IMG/VR virus record: IMGVR_UViG_3300027747_002427
Strand: one strand, 5' to 3'
Source of the DNA: a virus
Taxonomy: Duplodnaviria > Caudoviricetes
DNA length: 64,000 bases
This document shows positions 10,908 to 21,673 of this stretch, piece after piece; position 1 is the first letter of the stretch; every line of letters starts with the position of its first letter. The position numbers and the translations under genes are program-made. The notes under the pieces are model-generated. The model made no database searches. It saw nothing but the letters and a program-made list of their open reading frames with translations, and was not told the DNA's origin.

Positions 10908-13055
10908 ATGGCAGATACAAAAATATCTAATTTAACTTTAAATTCAATACCATCTCCTGCAGATATATTACCTATTGTTAATAATAATGTAACCAAAAAG
11001 ATTTCTTTATCAGACGCTTTTAGTATTTCCGCATTCGGTAGTAAAACAAATTATAATTTATTAGTAATTTCCAATAATAATATATCTAATGGAACTAAAC
11101 TTTTAAATGCTTATGCAACAGCCAAAACTCAAACTCCTAATGGTTTACCTTTAAGTTCTTCTAATCGATTTGTAATTATTCTTCCACCAGCTAATTATGA
11201 TTTAGGATCCTCTTCTTTAAATTTAGATACACAATATATAGACATAGTAGGATTTACTAGAGATCCTAAAGGTACTATTATAACATCTTCTAATTCATCT
11301 AGAACTATAAATCAAACTGCTAATGATGTTCGTTGTGTTGGATTCTCAACAAATAATACAGCACTTACAAACGGTACAGGGGTTATTTTAAATAGTAATT
11401 TAAATTTAGCATATTATGAAAATATAATTTTTAATTCTATATCTTCAGATATTTTATCAGGTACATTTAAAAATTGTACAAGTAATAATTGGGATATTGG
11501 TATAGCTTCTGGAATTTTTACAGACTGTATTGGTATAAATTCCATCGGATTATCTGGAGGTTTTACGCGTAATGGTGGTATCATATCTGGTTTATTTACT
11601 AATTGCACTGGCTCTAATACTGATACTGGTTTTAAAGGAGGTGGATTTGCCGGATCTAGTGGAAGTTGTAATGGTACATTTATTAATTGCACTGGAATAA
11701 ATACAGCAAATTATGGTGGAGGGTTTGCAGGAAGCTCCAGTACATCTTCTGGTACATTTATAGATTGCACTGGTTCAAATAACGACTCAGCAACTTATGG
11801 CGGTGGATTTGCCGGATGGTATGGAATAATTTCGGGAACTTTTTATAATTGTAAAGGTTCTAATAACGGAGCTCAAGGCGGTGGTTTTATTGGACTATAT
11901 GGTACATTAAATAGCAATTGTTATAATTGTATAGCATCTAACTCTTACGATGCATCTAGTGATTGGGGTGGATATAGTTCTTCAATTTCTGGAACATTTT
12001 TTAATTGTACTGGTAGTATAGGTAACACCGTAAAAGGTCGTTTTATAAATCATAAAACTACATATTCTTCTTTTCCATCTTTGGTTAATGGTTTTTATAT
12101 TAATTGTTTAGATGGTTCGGGTAATATTGTTAATGGAAGCAATACATCTCCTTATACTATTAGTTACCTATTAATAGGCGGAGGAGGTGGCGGAGGTTCT
12201 TCAGGAGGAGGCGGAGCCGGTGGAGTTATAAGTGGAACTACTACATTAAATTATGGGACAAGCTATGGTGCAACAATTGGTGCCGGTGGTGCCGGTGGTG
12301 TTTTTATTCAAGGTGCTTCTTCTTATCAAGGTAAAGGCACCCTAGGACAAAACTCATCTTTTGGCAATTTAGTAGCATATGGCGGAGGTACCGGAGGACC
12401 AACCAGAAACAGTAATTCTTCATCCGCTGATCTAGCAAGTAAGGGTAGTGGTGGTGGAGCAGGTGGTGGTATTATTGCTGATGCTCAAGGCCTTATTTAT
12501 CCTGGTGGAAATAGTGTTGTTGCATCGCGACAAGGTAATGATGGAGGATCATCTGGTAATATTATTTACAGTCCTGGAGGAGGAGGAGGAGGTGCTGGTG
12601 CTGCTGGAGGAGACGCCAATGGTGGCGGTCCTGGTGGTACTGGTGGTGCTGGTATAGTAAATCCAATTTTAGGTTCTAAAGTAGGTGTATTAGTAAATGG
12701 AGCTTATTGGATTGGCGGTGGCGGCGGTGGTGGTACTAATTTTACTGACAATCTTGGAAACGGGGTAGCAGCTGCCGCAGGTACTGGGGGGATTGGTGGC
12801 GGTGGTTCTGGTGGATATGGAAAAGCAACTAATGCTAGTGTAGGAAAAGATGGCGTTCCAAATTCAGGTGGTGGTGGTGGTGGTGGAGCAGGAAATTACT
12901 CCGCCACTATTGGTGGGTCAGGTGGATCCGGAGCTGTTGTACTTTCTATACCTACGGACTATTATAGCGGAATCACAACTGGTTCTCCAAGAGTAACTGT
13001 AGTTGGATCTAATACAATATTAGAATTTTTAAATTCAGGAACTTATTACGCTTAA
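10908..13055 (+). CDS. Receptor-binding/fibre paralog 2 with appended glycine-rich domain
   Basis: N-terminus MADTKISNL, the same solenoid and INCLDGSGNIVNGS motif as paralog 1, then a YLLIGGGGGGG...GGSGGSGAVV glycine-rich domain. Confidence 0.7.
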   Translation: MADTKISNLTLNSIPSPADILPIVNNNVTKKISLSDAFSISAFGSKTNYNLLVISNNNISNGTKLLNAYATAKTQTPNGLPLSSSNRFVIILPPANYDLGSSSLNLDTQYIDIVGFTRDPKGTIITSSNSSRTINQTANDVRCVGFSTNNTALTNGTGVILNSNLNLAYYENIIFNSISSDILSGTFKNCTSNNWDIGIASGIFTDCIGINSIGLSGGFTRNGGIISGLFTNCTGSNTDTGFKGGGFAGSSGSCNGTFINCTGINTANYGGGFAGSSSTSSGTFIDCTGSNNDSATYGGGFAGWYGIISGTFYNCKGSNNGAQGGGFIGLYGTLNSNCYNCIASNSYDASSDWGGYSSSISGTFFNCTGSIGNTVKGRFINHKTTYSSFPSLVNGFYINCLDGSGNIVNGSNTSPYTISYLLIGGGGGGGSSGGGGAGGVISGTTTLNYGTSYGATIGAGGAGGVFIQGASSYQGKGTLGQNSSFGNLVAYGGGTGGPTRNSNSSSADLASKGSGGGAGGGIIADAQGLIYPGGNSVVASRQGNDGGSSGNIIYSPGGGGGGAGAAGGDANGGGPGGTGGAGIVNPILGSKVGVLVNGAYWIGGGGGGGTNFTDNLGNGVAAAAGTGGIGGGGSGGYGKATNASVGKDGVPNSGGGGGGGAGNYSATIGGSGGSGAVVLSIPTDYYSGITTGSPRVTVVGSNTILEFLNSGTYYA

Positions 13056-13064
13056 ATATAACAT

Positions 13065-14381
13065 ATGGCTAATACAACTATTATAGATTTACCAACACTT
13101 ACATCTCCTACAGCAGATGATGTGTTTCCAGTTGTTAATGACGGTATAACAAAAAAAATCTCTTTAATAGATGCTCTCAATACTACAAGTATAGCTACTA
13201 CAACACCCAACTTTGTATATGTAACAACTAGTGATAATGTAATAACAAATGGGACTAATCTTCTTAAAGCTTATACAAAAGCCAAAACATTATCTCCAAA
13301 TGGATTACCTTTAAGTTCTTCTAATAGAGCAACATTAATATTAATGCCTGGGACTTATGACCTCGGTTCTTTCTCTTTAAATTTAGATACTCAATATGTA
13401 GATGTAGTAGGATTCTCTAGGGATGCTAGTCATGTTAATATTATTTCTAATAATAGTGACCAAACTATAAATCAATCTGCTAATGATATTCGTTGTATAG
13501 GATTCACAATCAAAAATAATGGTTCTGGAATAAGTGCTATTGTTGGAAGTAATTTTACTAACTTATACTGGGAAAATATAATTTTTGATATGTTATATTC
13601 TTTTAATGTTTCTGGAACATTTGTTAATTGCTCTGGAACTAATTCAAAAAATGGTCAAGGGTCTTTTGGTGGTAATTTAATTGGAACTTTTATTAATTGT
13701 TCTGGATCAAACATAGGAAATAATGGAGGAGCTGGTGGATTTGCTGGAAGTAGTGCAATTTTATCTGGAACATTTACCAATTGCAAAGGCATAAGTTCTG
13801 GTAGTAATAGTGGAGGTGGATTTGCTGGAAGTGGTTCTACTTTATCTGGAACATTTACTAATTGTTCGGGGTCAAATTCTTGTGATAATGGTGGAGGTGG
13901 ATTTGGTGGTGATAATTCCATTATACAAAATGCAGTCTTTACTAATTGTTCTGGGAGCAACAGTGGTAGTGGAGGTGGCGGATTTGTTGGAATTAATGGT
14001 GGAGTGTCTGATAGTATTTTTTATAATTGTCAGGGGTTTAATTATGGATTAGCTGGTGGTGGATTTGTTGGTAAATTATCAATTTCTATTGCTGGAACTT
14101 TTTATAATTGCACTGGTTCCAATACTGCTACTTGGGGTGGAGGTTTCTTTGGATATCAAACTAGTAATAATGCTTATTTAAATGCTTGTAAAGGATCTAG
14201 CTCTGTTTCTGATGGATATGCTATAAGCGGTTATTTAAGCAACTACAAAGGCCAATATATTAATTGTATTGTTTCTGATCAGAATTTACCAACATTAACA
14301 AATTCCAGAGACCTAGGTAATCCAGCTTGTTTTGTTAATTGTATAGACTTGTATAATAGACTTGTAAACGGAAGCGCTTAA
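13065..14381 (+). CDS. Receptor-binding/fibre paralog 3
   Basis: N-terminus MANTTIIDLP, the same TNGxNLxxAYxxAKTxxPNG block, the solenoid, and C-terminus VNCIDLYNRLVNGSA. Confidence 0.7.
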   Translation: MANTTIIDLPTLTSPTADDVFPVVNDGITKKISLIDALNTTSIATTTPNFVYVTTSDNVITNGTNLLKAYTKAKTLSPNGLPLSSSNRATLILMPGTYDLGSFSLNLDTQYVDVVGFSRDASHVNIISNNSDQTINQSANDIRCIGFTIKNNGSGISAIVGSNFTNLYWENIIFDMLYSFNVSGTFVNCSGTNSKNGQGSFGGNLIGTFINCSGSNIGNNGGAGGFAGSSAILSGTFTNCKGISSGSNSGGGFAGSGSTLSGTFTNCSGSNSCDNGGGGFGGDNSIIQNAVFTNCSGSNSGSGGGGFVGINGGVSDSIFYNCQGFNYGLAGGGFVGKLSISIAGTFYNCTGSNTATWGGGFFGYQTSNNAYLNACKGSSSVSDGYAISGYLSNYKGQYINCIVSDQNLPTLTNSRDLGNPACFVNCIDLYNRLVNGSA

Positions 14382-14398
14382 TATAAATATATAATAAC

Positions 14399-14722
14399 AT
14401 GGAAGAAAAAGATTTTACTCTTAGAGACGGTAAGTGGGTTCAAAGAACATATGCTCAACCTACACCTCAACAACAATTAATTCTTAATACAGCAACTAAT
14501 TCAGAAGGAGAAATAAATCCAGAAGTTTTAGAAGTATTTAAAGAAATTCAAAAAACTCAATTTATAGCTGCTTCTAAAGAAGATGCCGCTAGATTACAAG
14601 AAATATATGATGCAAATTATTTAGCCGGTTCAGACCACATAGATGTTGATATTACTCTCCCAGACGGAAGAGGTATCATAAATTGTCGCTCTGGTCTAGA
14701 ACATAAACAAATTAGATTCTAA
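14399..14722 (+). CDS. Hypothetical protein (tail module)
   Basis: 107-aa ORF preceded by TATAAATA; its stop abuts the next ATG. Confidence 0.6.
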   Translation: MEEKDFTLRDGKWVQRTYAQPTPQQQLILNTATNSEGEINPEVLEVFKEIQKTQFIAASKEDAARLQEIYDANYLAGSDHIDVDITLPDGRGIINCRSGLEHKQIRF

Positions 14723-15627
14723 TGGATACACTTTATAACACAACTATTATTGAAACCAATGGAGTAAGATCCATAGCGGGTGGTGGTACTGGAGCATCAA
14801 CAGCTTCTAATGCTTTGAAAAGTTTATTAAGTGCCACTAATATTAACGTTGGCATAGCAACAGGAGCAACAACACCTAGCAGAGCTTTAACAGTCAATGG
14901 TGAATTTTTAGCAACGGGCAATGTTTATGGAGATAATGCTACTTTCACAACTGGTACATTCACAACATCTGTTACATCTCCATCTATAAGTTCTACTAAA
15001 TTATTTTTTGGAACCGGCAATCAAATGGTACTATCAGACGGTTTTGTAACCAATAATGCAGGTAATGGTCCTAATACATTATCATTAAATTTTAACAATG
15101 GAGTTTATATGGGTCTTAGTGGTAATAGTTCTTTATATGCTTTAGGAGTTCCGAAGTTTTATACCATACTTTCTCCGGTGCCAACATTATTAAATATATC
15201 AGTTTCACCATTACCATTTTTTAATGCCTTATATCCTACAATAGATTATTTAACTCCAGATTCTGTTTATGAAATAGAATATAGTTTATATTTTTATAAA
15301 AATACAGCAGGAATTGTAACATATCAGCTATCAGCTAGTAATACACTTAATTTAATATCTTCTCAATATTATCAAGGTCCACCGACCGGTGTAGCAGCTG
15401 TAGGCAATGCAGCTTCTGCAGGAGTTTTAGCAACGTCTAAAAATTCAGTAAACCTACCAGGAACAGTATCTTTAACAACTTCTGTTTCTCATAATGCTTT
15501 TATTAAAGCATTAGTAAAAACCTCAGGCCTCGCTTCCAATATAGTCCTTAATGTTTTTGTTAACCAAGGTGGAGGCACTTTAGATCCTTTACCAGGTAGT
15601 TATAGAAAGATAACAAAAATTACATAA
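14722..15627 (+). CDS. Tail fibre-related protein
   Basis: GGTGASTAS...VGIATGATTPSRALTVNG fibre motif. Confidence 0.6.
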   Translation: MDTLYNTTIIETNGVRSIAGGGTGASTASNALKSLLSATNINVGIATGATTPSRALTVNGEFLATGNVYGDNATFTTGTFTTSVTSPSISSTKLFFGTGNQMVLSDGFVTNNAGNGPNTLSLNFNNGVYMGLSGNSSLYALGVPKFYTILSPVPTLLNISVSPLPFFNALYPTIDYLTPDSVYEIEYSLYFYKNTAGIVTYQLSASNTLNLISSQYYQGPPTGVAAVGNAASAGVLATSKNSVNLPGTVSLTTSVSHNAFIKALVKTSGLASNIVLNVFVNQGGGTLDPLPGSYRKITKIT

Positions 15628-15632
15628 TTGTT

Positions 15633-16637
15633 ATGGCAACTTTAACAACAACAAATGTAAATGTTAATTGGGTAAAAGCTACATCATTTCCTCAATATCC
15701 CTGGAATGCTCCTTCATATGGTAATAAAAAATTTGTTGCTGTTACTAGTGATGGTACGAATTCATATTCGGTTTATACAGAAGATGGATTGACCGGAACA
15801 ACAGCAGCTATGCCAGCTACTCAGTCCGCAGTGACTTGGAATTTTACGGCATTTGGTAATGGAAGATTTGTTGCTATAGGTACTAAACCCAATAATACTA
15901 CTCAATTTTGTGCATATTCCACAGATAATGCAGCTACTTGGACAGCTGGTGGAAATTTATATAACGTTAATACATATATATCATTAGGATTTGCCAGTAC
16001 TAGATTTATAGCAACAGCGGGTACTGGCTATCAATGGACATCATATTCTAATGATGGGGTTACCTGGACCGCGGGAGGAAATTTGCCTACAATCGTAGAA
16101 GCTAAAGGTTCAGCATATGGCAATGGCAGATATATGATAATTCCTGATGCCAGTAATGGTGTTAGTGGTAATGTTGTTTATACAGATAACGAAGGGGCTA
16201 CCTGGTCTCAAGGAGGACTTCTTCCTGGTGGGTCATATCCGAACATTAGGTATTGGAGAGGATTAAGTTATGGAAGAGGTAAATTCGTAGCTATATGTTC
16301 TTTGGGAGGCCTTCCAGCATATTCAATTGACGGCGGATTGACTTGGCAGGATGGAAAAATATATGGAGATGATAATAGTAGTTTAAACCTTACATCATTA
16401 ACTTACGGCAATGGTATATTTTTAGCACATTCATTTAACGGTAGCACTGGAATGTACTCTTACGATGGTATAAATTGGATTAAGGTTAATCTAGCTAGTG
16501 GCGGATATGGCTCTGTAATTTATGGTAATGGTAGATTTGTAGTTTTTAATGGCTTTAATGCTCCCTATAACCCAGCATATATATTAGACAATAATTTAGC
16601 TTGTGCATTTACACCTACCATTTCTGTAATTAATTAA
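15633..16637 (+). CDS. BNR/Asp-box beta-propeller virion protein
   Basis: Repeated YSxDGxTW and YGNGRFV motifs. Confidence 0.7.
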   Translation: MATLTTTNVNVNWVKATSFPQYPWNAPSYGNKKFVAVTSDGTNSYSVYTEDGLTGTTAAMPATQSAVTWNFTAFGNGRFVAIGTKPNNTTQFCAYSTDNAATWTAGGNLYNVNTYISLGFASTRFIATAGTGYQWTSYSNDGVTWTAGGNLPTIVEAKGSAYGNGRYMIIPDASNGVSGNVVYTDNEGATWSQGGLLPGGSYPNIRYWRGLSYGRGKFVAICSLGGLPAYSIDGGLTWQDGKIYGDDNSSLNLTSLTYGNGIFLAHSFNGSTGMYSYDGINWIKVNLASGGYGSVIYGNGRFVVFNGFNAPYNPAYILDNNLACAFTPTISVIN

Positions 16638-16649
16638 TAGGTATAATAA

Positions 16650-17468
16650 ATGAATTCGCAAGAAATACTGTTGTCATTAACTGGTGGCTTATCGGCTGGA
16701 ATAGAAGGTTCTAGAGCCATTCCATATTTATTAGCTGACGAAACGTATGCTGGTATTGAATTTGGTAATTCTACAACAAGAGGTACATTATGTGCCAAAT
16801 ATATTGCTTTAGATTATACAGCAGCAAGTACTTATATAATTAATAATTTTGGACCTACAACTATAACATTCAACCCTTCCGCCATAAAATTACCTAATAA
16901 GATTAATAGAATTGTTTGGAGTTTTAATGACGGTAGTCCAGATATAGTAAAAAGTTTTTATTATGCTCCTACTTCTTCAGACACATCAAAATTGCCTTAT
17001 CCAGATGAACCAGGAGATCCTAGAAATTTTACTATAACAAAAACATTTGCTACATCAGAATATTTTAATAAAACATTTACAGCTCAGGCTCAAGTATATC
17101 AATTAGGCAAACCCGATTTCGTGGATATTTTTTATATAATAAATATTATAGCACCGAACATGGATGGTTTAAATAGTGGTTTCTTTGAGGAAATGCATTT
17201 AGTATCAACTAAAATGTTTGGACCCAATGATGACATTCTTTATGTATTTGAAACCAAAAATCCAAAATACATAGTACCTATGTTGGTTAATTGGCATGAA
17301 ATTCCTAAAGCACCACTAGCAGATACAAATATAAAAGTAATACACAGAAGACCTTATAGATTATTACAGCCTTATGAATTAGATAGTTTGAATTTAAACC
17401 CTCAAATCAGGGTGATAGATTTTGTACCTTCATCTAATAAAGCAGGGGATAAAGGAGCATTATTATGA
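16650..17468 (+). CDS. Hypothetical virion protein (PKD-like segment)
   Basis: 272-aa ORF in the structural operon; IVWSFNDGS motif. Confidence 0.55.
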   Translation: MNSQEILLSLTGGLSAGIEGSRAIPYLLADETYAGIEFGNSTTRGTLCAKYIALDYTAASTYIINNFGPTTITFNPSAIKLPNKINRIVWSFNDGSPDIVKSFYYAPTSSDTSKLPYPDEPGDPRNFTITKTFATSEYFNKTFTAQAQVYQLGKPDFVDIFYIINIIAPNMDGLNSGFFEEMHLVSTKMFGPNDDILYVFETKNPKYIVPMLVNWHEIPKAPLADTNIKVIHRRPYRLLQPYELDSLNLNPQIRVIDFVPSSNKAGDKGALL

Positions 17469-18178
17469 GTATATTTAGTAGTGAATATAATAACGGAGAA
17501 TTATGGTTGAGAACCTTAAACGGGAAAATAGAAGCATCTAATAAAATTCTATCGGCTGTATATGCAAAATACCAAGATGTTAATCCTACATTCTATAGAG
17601 AATTAAATACAAATAATATTTCTAAGTTTGATATATTTTATGATGTAATATATGTCGAAACAGAAACTGGGTTTATTTTTGAAAAAATAAAAGTTAATAC
17701 AGATGGAATTATTGTACCGTTCCAAAACAATAGTTCTTTTAATAAAATATCCCAGGTACCTATAGATTATTGGTTTGATGAAACAAATTTTAAAATTTAT
17801 TTTGTTACTATAAGATCTGGTATTCAACAAATTAAAACAGCTATAGAAGAAGCGACTTTTGATTTTTATATAACTATAACCGAATATGATTGTAAAGATG
17901 GAGAAATATATTTGGCATTTAATAGCCATATAACAATACCACTTTTAGGAGCAAATAATTGGGGTGGTGATAAAGCTAATTTAGAAAAACCAAAAATTTG
18001 TTATAATAGAGATACCAAGCGATATAATGTATCTTTCGTTGTTAGAAATAATGCATATGTTTTAGGCCTTTTGAGTTTAAATTTTGTTAACCATAAAGAA
18101 TTTACTTTAGAAACATTAAATGCTCTTCTCCCATTTGCAAATAATTTTGGTCAATACAAAATAACAAACCTGCTTTGA
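17465..18178 (+). CDS. Hypothetical virion/baseplate protein
   Basis: 237-aa ORF with ATGA overlap to the upstream gene. Confidence 0.55.
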   Translation: MSIFSSEYNNGELWLRTLNGKIEASNKILSAVYAKYQDVNPTFYRELNTNNISKFDIFYDVIYVETETGFIFEKIKVNTDGIIVPFQNNSSFNKISQVPIDYWFDETNFKIYFVTIRSGIQQIKTAIEEATFDFYITITEYDCKDGEIYLAFNSHITIPLLGANNWGGDKANLEKPKICYNRDTKRYNVSFVVRNNAYVLGLLSLNFVNHKEFTLETLNALLPFANNFGQYKITNLL

Positions 18179-18207
18179 AAACAAAGATTTTACACTAAAT
18201 ATTGATA

Positions 18208-21200
18208 ATGGTAAGTGTAAATCTATATACAAATTTATCTACAGTTAATTGTAACCCTGTAAAATTTTCTATTTTAGGCAACCAATTTACAACAAGCCCT
18301 ACTCCAATTATTTTTAGTAATGGATTAAGAGCTAATGTTGATGAATTTCTTAGTAATTGTATTAGTTTTACAACTAATAACAAAACCGGATTATTTCTAA
18401 CCGATACTAAAAAGGCTTCCGAATTTTTAACAGATGATTTAAAACCAAAAGATACTGGTCTGTTAACAGAAATAGATAGTCCGGTTATTGGTCAAAGTTT
18501 AATTAAAAGTCCAGTAGCAGATCATAATTTAGAATTATTAACGTTAATAAAAGTACAAGACAATTATCAATGGGCTGTAACTGGTGTTTCTTCTTTTAAT
18601 CAAAATGATGTATTTAGATTTGTATTTCAACCAGATAATTCTGTAATAGTAGAATCTGTAAAAACCAAATATCTTCTTACAAGTCTTTTTGAAGGATTTA
18701 ATGGTCTTATATTTCACCCAGTAATTACACCTATTTTAAGTGCTAAAAATTTCTATATAGATGCTCAAAGATTTGATTATGCATTAGGACCAGACACTAT
18801 TAGTTTATTTAGAATTAATGATGATTTATTATTACCTCGTTTTGAACAAGCTGTTGTAAAATTTAGTAATAATTTTTATGGATTAAGTTCTTTAGCTTAT
18901 CTTACATCTGCCTATAAATTTCCAAAAGAAGCATCTCTTAATTTTATTTCATACAAAGAAAAACCATCTCTCAATAGTGATGTTAAAGATAGCTTTTTAG
19001 TAAAATATAAAGTTAATCCTTTAAATAATCAAAATACATTAACTTTAGATTTAAGTACTATAAACTCTCAATACTCTCAAAATTATTTAGGAATATTTCC
19101 TCCAGAGTATTATATACAAACAACACAAGGAGTAACTTATCCGTTAGCTCTACATGGTCTTAAAAATTATCAAACACCAGAATACAATTATAGCTTTGGT
19201 CTAGAATACGTTCAGGGTCAAAAAGGAATCAGAAGAAAATATGAAAACGTGTATTCCGGAACTAACCAAGATAAAGGATTAGATAATGTTTATCTAGGTT
19301 TTACTTCAGACACTATTGAAATGGATTTTCCGCCTGATAAAGATAGTCCATTTTATTTTGGCCCTACATCAAAAAGAATACCTTTAAGTTCTTCCGGTCT
19401 TATTGAAGATGGTGCTATTCCAGGTGAGACTCCATTTGCTTCTGATAGAATTTATATCAAGCTTCAAGATTATTCTGAAAAAATACCAGACTCCCCTCAG
19501 CCTCCTTCTATTACTCGCTATAGTAATACTTGGTTATGTTCTTGGTTATCTGGTAGTATGGATGGGAATAAAGTATGGATGGATAGATATTATAACCCAG
19601 CATACTACACAATTGATCAAGCTCTATCTACTAAATTGATGGTATATCACGATAGATTAAATACGACAGAAAATTATACATTTGATATGCCGTCGCAAAT
19701 GTATTTAGAACCTGGAGTTTTATATCGTTATTTTCATACAGGAAAAGAAAATAGATTAAATTATATTCAACATCTTTCTTCTAATTCTATTTTACAAGTA
19801 ACTAAATGGGATTCTTCTCCTTTAATGGATGAGTCACCTAATCAAGGTGAAGGTATATTATATTTTAATAAAGAATCTAATTTATTAGGTGATAGTTTAA
19901 ATTTAGATGGAACTAATCACGTTCTTTTTCCAGCCACTACAGAATTGTTATCCCAAAACCAATTAACTGTTTCTATGTGGTTGAATACAGAAGACTGGCA
20001 GAATATGTCTGGAAAACAAATATTTGGTAATTATTATGATAGTGGATTTGGTCTTATAAATGAAGGATCTTTAACAACCCCAATTATTACCTTAGTAGAT
20101 AGTAATGATACTTCCAATTACAAAAATAAAATATACAATCTAAATTATAGATTTTCAAATTTAGAAAATTTAACTGCCCAAAATATATCTTTTTCTAAGG
20201 GCAATAAAATAGTTCAAAGGTTGATAGATTATACCTATTGGGTTTTTGATACAAAAGGTTTGGCTGGAATTAAATATGATATTAACAATCAACCACTATT
20301 TCAAACTAATAATATATTAAATGCTAAAACTCATTTAGTTAATTCATTAAGTTCTATATCTCAAATAGAAACAGACAAATACGAAAACTTATATATATTT
20401 GATAATGTTACAAAAAATTATGTAGTTTTAGACACAAACGGTAATTACAAATCTAACGGTTCTTTATCCAAAGATGTTAATTCTATTCAAATAGATTTAA
20501 ATGGAAACATAATATCTTGTTTCGGTTTACAATCTGCTGTAGATAACCAAAACAATATATGGGAAATAATTGGTGGTAATCTTTATAGGAATAAAGCAAT
20601 ATTTGGAAATATAGGTTATGTGCAGCAAATAAGTTTTGATGCAGACAATTATATTTGGGTATTACACGGACAAGATAGTTTGACTAAAATAAACGTTTTA
20701 AATAATCAAATAATATTTTCAAAAAGATTAGGAAAATATTCTACATTACCTCCTGATCCTTGTTTTGATTATACAAAACAAACAAGATTTATGAATTTTG
20801 TAAGAGTGCCTAAAGATAGTAATTCAGATCCTTGTAATACGACTTTGGTATCAACTGAAGATCGACTCATATTGGTAGACCTGAATGATGACAATATATA
20901 CACTATCAACAGTAGCGGGAATATTATAACTAAATTAAATCTTGTAGGATTAACTAATAATTTAAATGTTAATATGTTTTCTTTTGGAGATTTTACAGGA
21001 TATCAATATCTTAGAAAATATGCTAGTATTAATAAACAATTAAGTTGGAAACTTAAATTAGCTACACCTAACGGTAAAAACCCAAGCCCTTCTGTTAATA
21101 TAAAAATATTACCTTATGACATTAATAATTTAAGTCCTGGGTGGCATCATTTTACTTTGGCATTTGATGGTGTCAATGGAACAATCAAAGCTTATTTAGA

Positions 21201-21672
21201 TTCTGTTCAACAAGGCGATACTGTTACATTCTCTCCACACGTTTACCAATTATATTATATATACAGAACATCTTTATTATTAGGTTGTGAAACTATACAA
21301 AATACAACTTTAAATGATATTATAGCCATAGATAATGGTTACAAATTTACTGGACAAGTTGCAGAATTAAGACTTTATAATAAGTCTTTAACTCAAGGAG
21401 AAATAGAACAATTATATTTTTCATCTAAACACGCCGCAGATGATAGGTCTCTATTGTGGAATATGTCTGTAGGTGAGAGAAGTTATATAGAACAAATCAA
21501 ACACTGGTATAAAATGCAATTACCTGGCAGTAAAAGTAAATATTATAACATTAATATACATAATTTAAATGTTCCAGATCAAGTTAAACAAATAATAGAA
21601 AATGGCATCAAGAACAATTTAAATAAAATAGCACCTACTAATACTTCTTTATACAAAATTAATTGGAAATAA
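18208..21672 (+). CDS. Large baseplate-like protein with LamG/concanavalin-A domains
   Basis: GWHHFTLAFDG...FTGQVAELRLYNKSLTQGEIEQLY LamG motif. ATG 18208 follows TAAATA at 18196-18201 (the track start 18202 is TTG). Confidence 0.7.
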   Translation: MVSVNLYTNLSTVNCNPVKFSILGNQFTTSPTPIIFSNGLRANVDEFLSNCISFTTNNKTGLFLTDTKKASEFLTDDLKPKDTGLLTEIDSPVIGQSLIKSPVADHNLELLTLIKVQDNYQWAVTGVSSFNQNDVFRFVFQPDNSVIVESVKTKYLLTSLFEGFNGLIFHPVITPILSAKNFYIDAQRFDYALGPDTISLFRINDDLLLPRFEQAVVKFSNNFYGLSSLAYLTSAYKFPKEASLNFISYKEKPSLNSDVKDSFLVKYKVNPLNNQNTLTLDLSTINSQYSQNYLGIFPPEYYIQTTQGVTYPLALHGLKNYQTPEYNYSFGLEYVQGQKGIRRKYENVYSGTNQDKGLDNVYLGFTSDTIEMDFPPDKDSPFYFGPTSKRIPLSSSGLIEDGAIPGETPFASDRIYIKLQDYSEKIPDSPQPPSITRYSNTWLCSWLSGSMDGNKVWMDRYYNPAYYTIDQALSTKLMVYHDRLNTTENYTFDMPSQMYLEPGVLYRYFHTGKENRLNYIQHLSSNSILQVTKWDSSPLMDESPNQGEGILYFNKESNLLGDSLNLDGTNHVLFPATTELLSQNQLTVSMWLNTEDWQNMSGKQIFGNYYDSGFGLINEGSLTTPIITLVDSNDTSNYKNKIYNLNYRFSNLENLTAQNISFSKGNKIVQRLIDYTYWVFDTKGLAGIKYDINNQPLFQTNNILNAKTHLVNSLSSISQIETDKYENLYIFDNVTKNYVVLDTNGNYKSNGSLSKDVNSIQIDLNGNIISCFGLQSAVDNQNNIWEIIGGNLYRNKAIFGNIGYVQQISFDADNYIWVLHGQDSLTKINVLNNQIIFSKRLGKYSTLPPDPCFDYTKQTRFMNFVRVPKDSNSDPCNTTLVSTEDRLILVDLNDDNIYTINSSGNIITKLNLVGLTNNLNVNMFSFGDFTGYQYLRKYASINKQLSWKLKLATPNGKNPSPSVNIKILPYDINNLSPGWHHFTLAFDGVNGTIKAYLDSVQQGDTVTFSPHVYQLYYIYRTSLLLGCETIQNTTLNDIIAIDNGYKFTGQVAELRLYNKSLTQGEIEQLYFSSKHAADDRSLLWNMSVGERSYIEQIKHWYKMQLPGSKSKYYNINIHNLNVPDQVKQIIENGIKNNLNKIAPTNTSLYKINWK

Positions 21673-21673
21673 T

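Noticed and set aside
9571-14381. Diversity-generating retroelement TR/VR pair among repeated fibre segments
   Set aside because: Differences between copies are not adenine-specific and there is no reverse transcriptase in the window.
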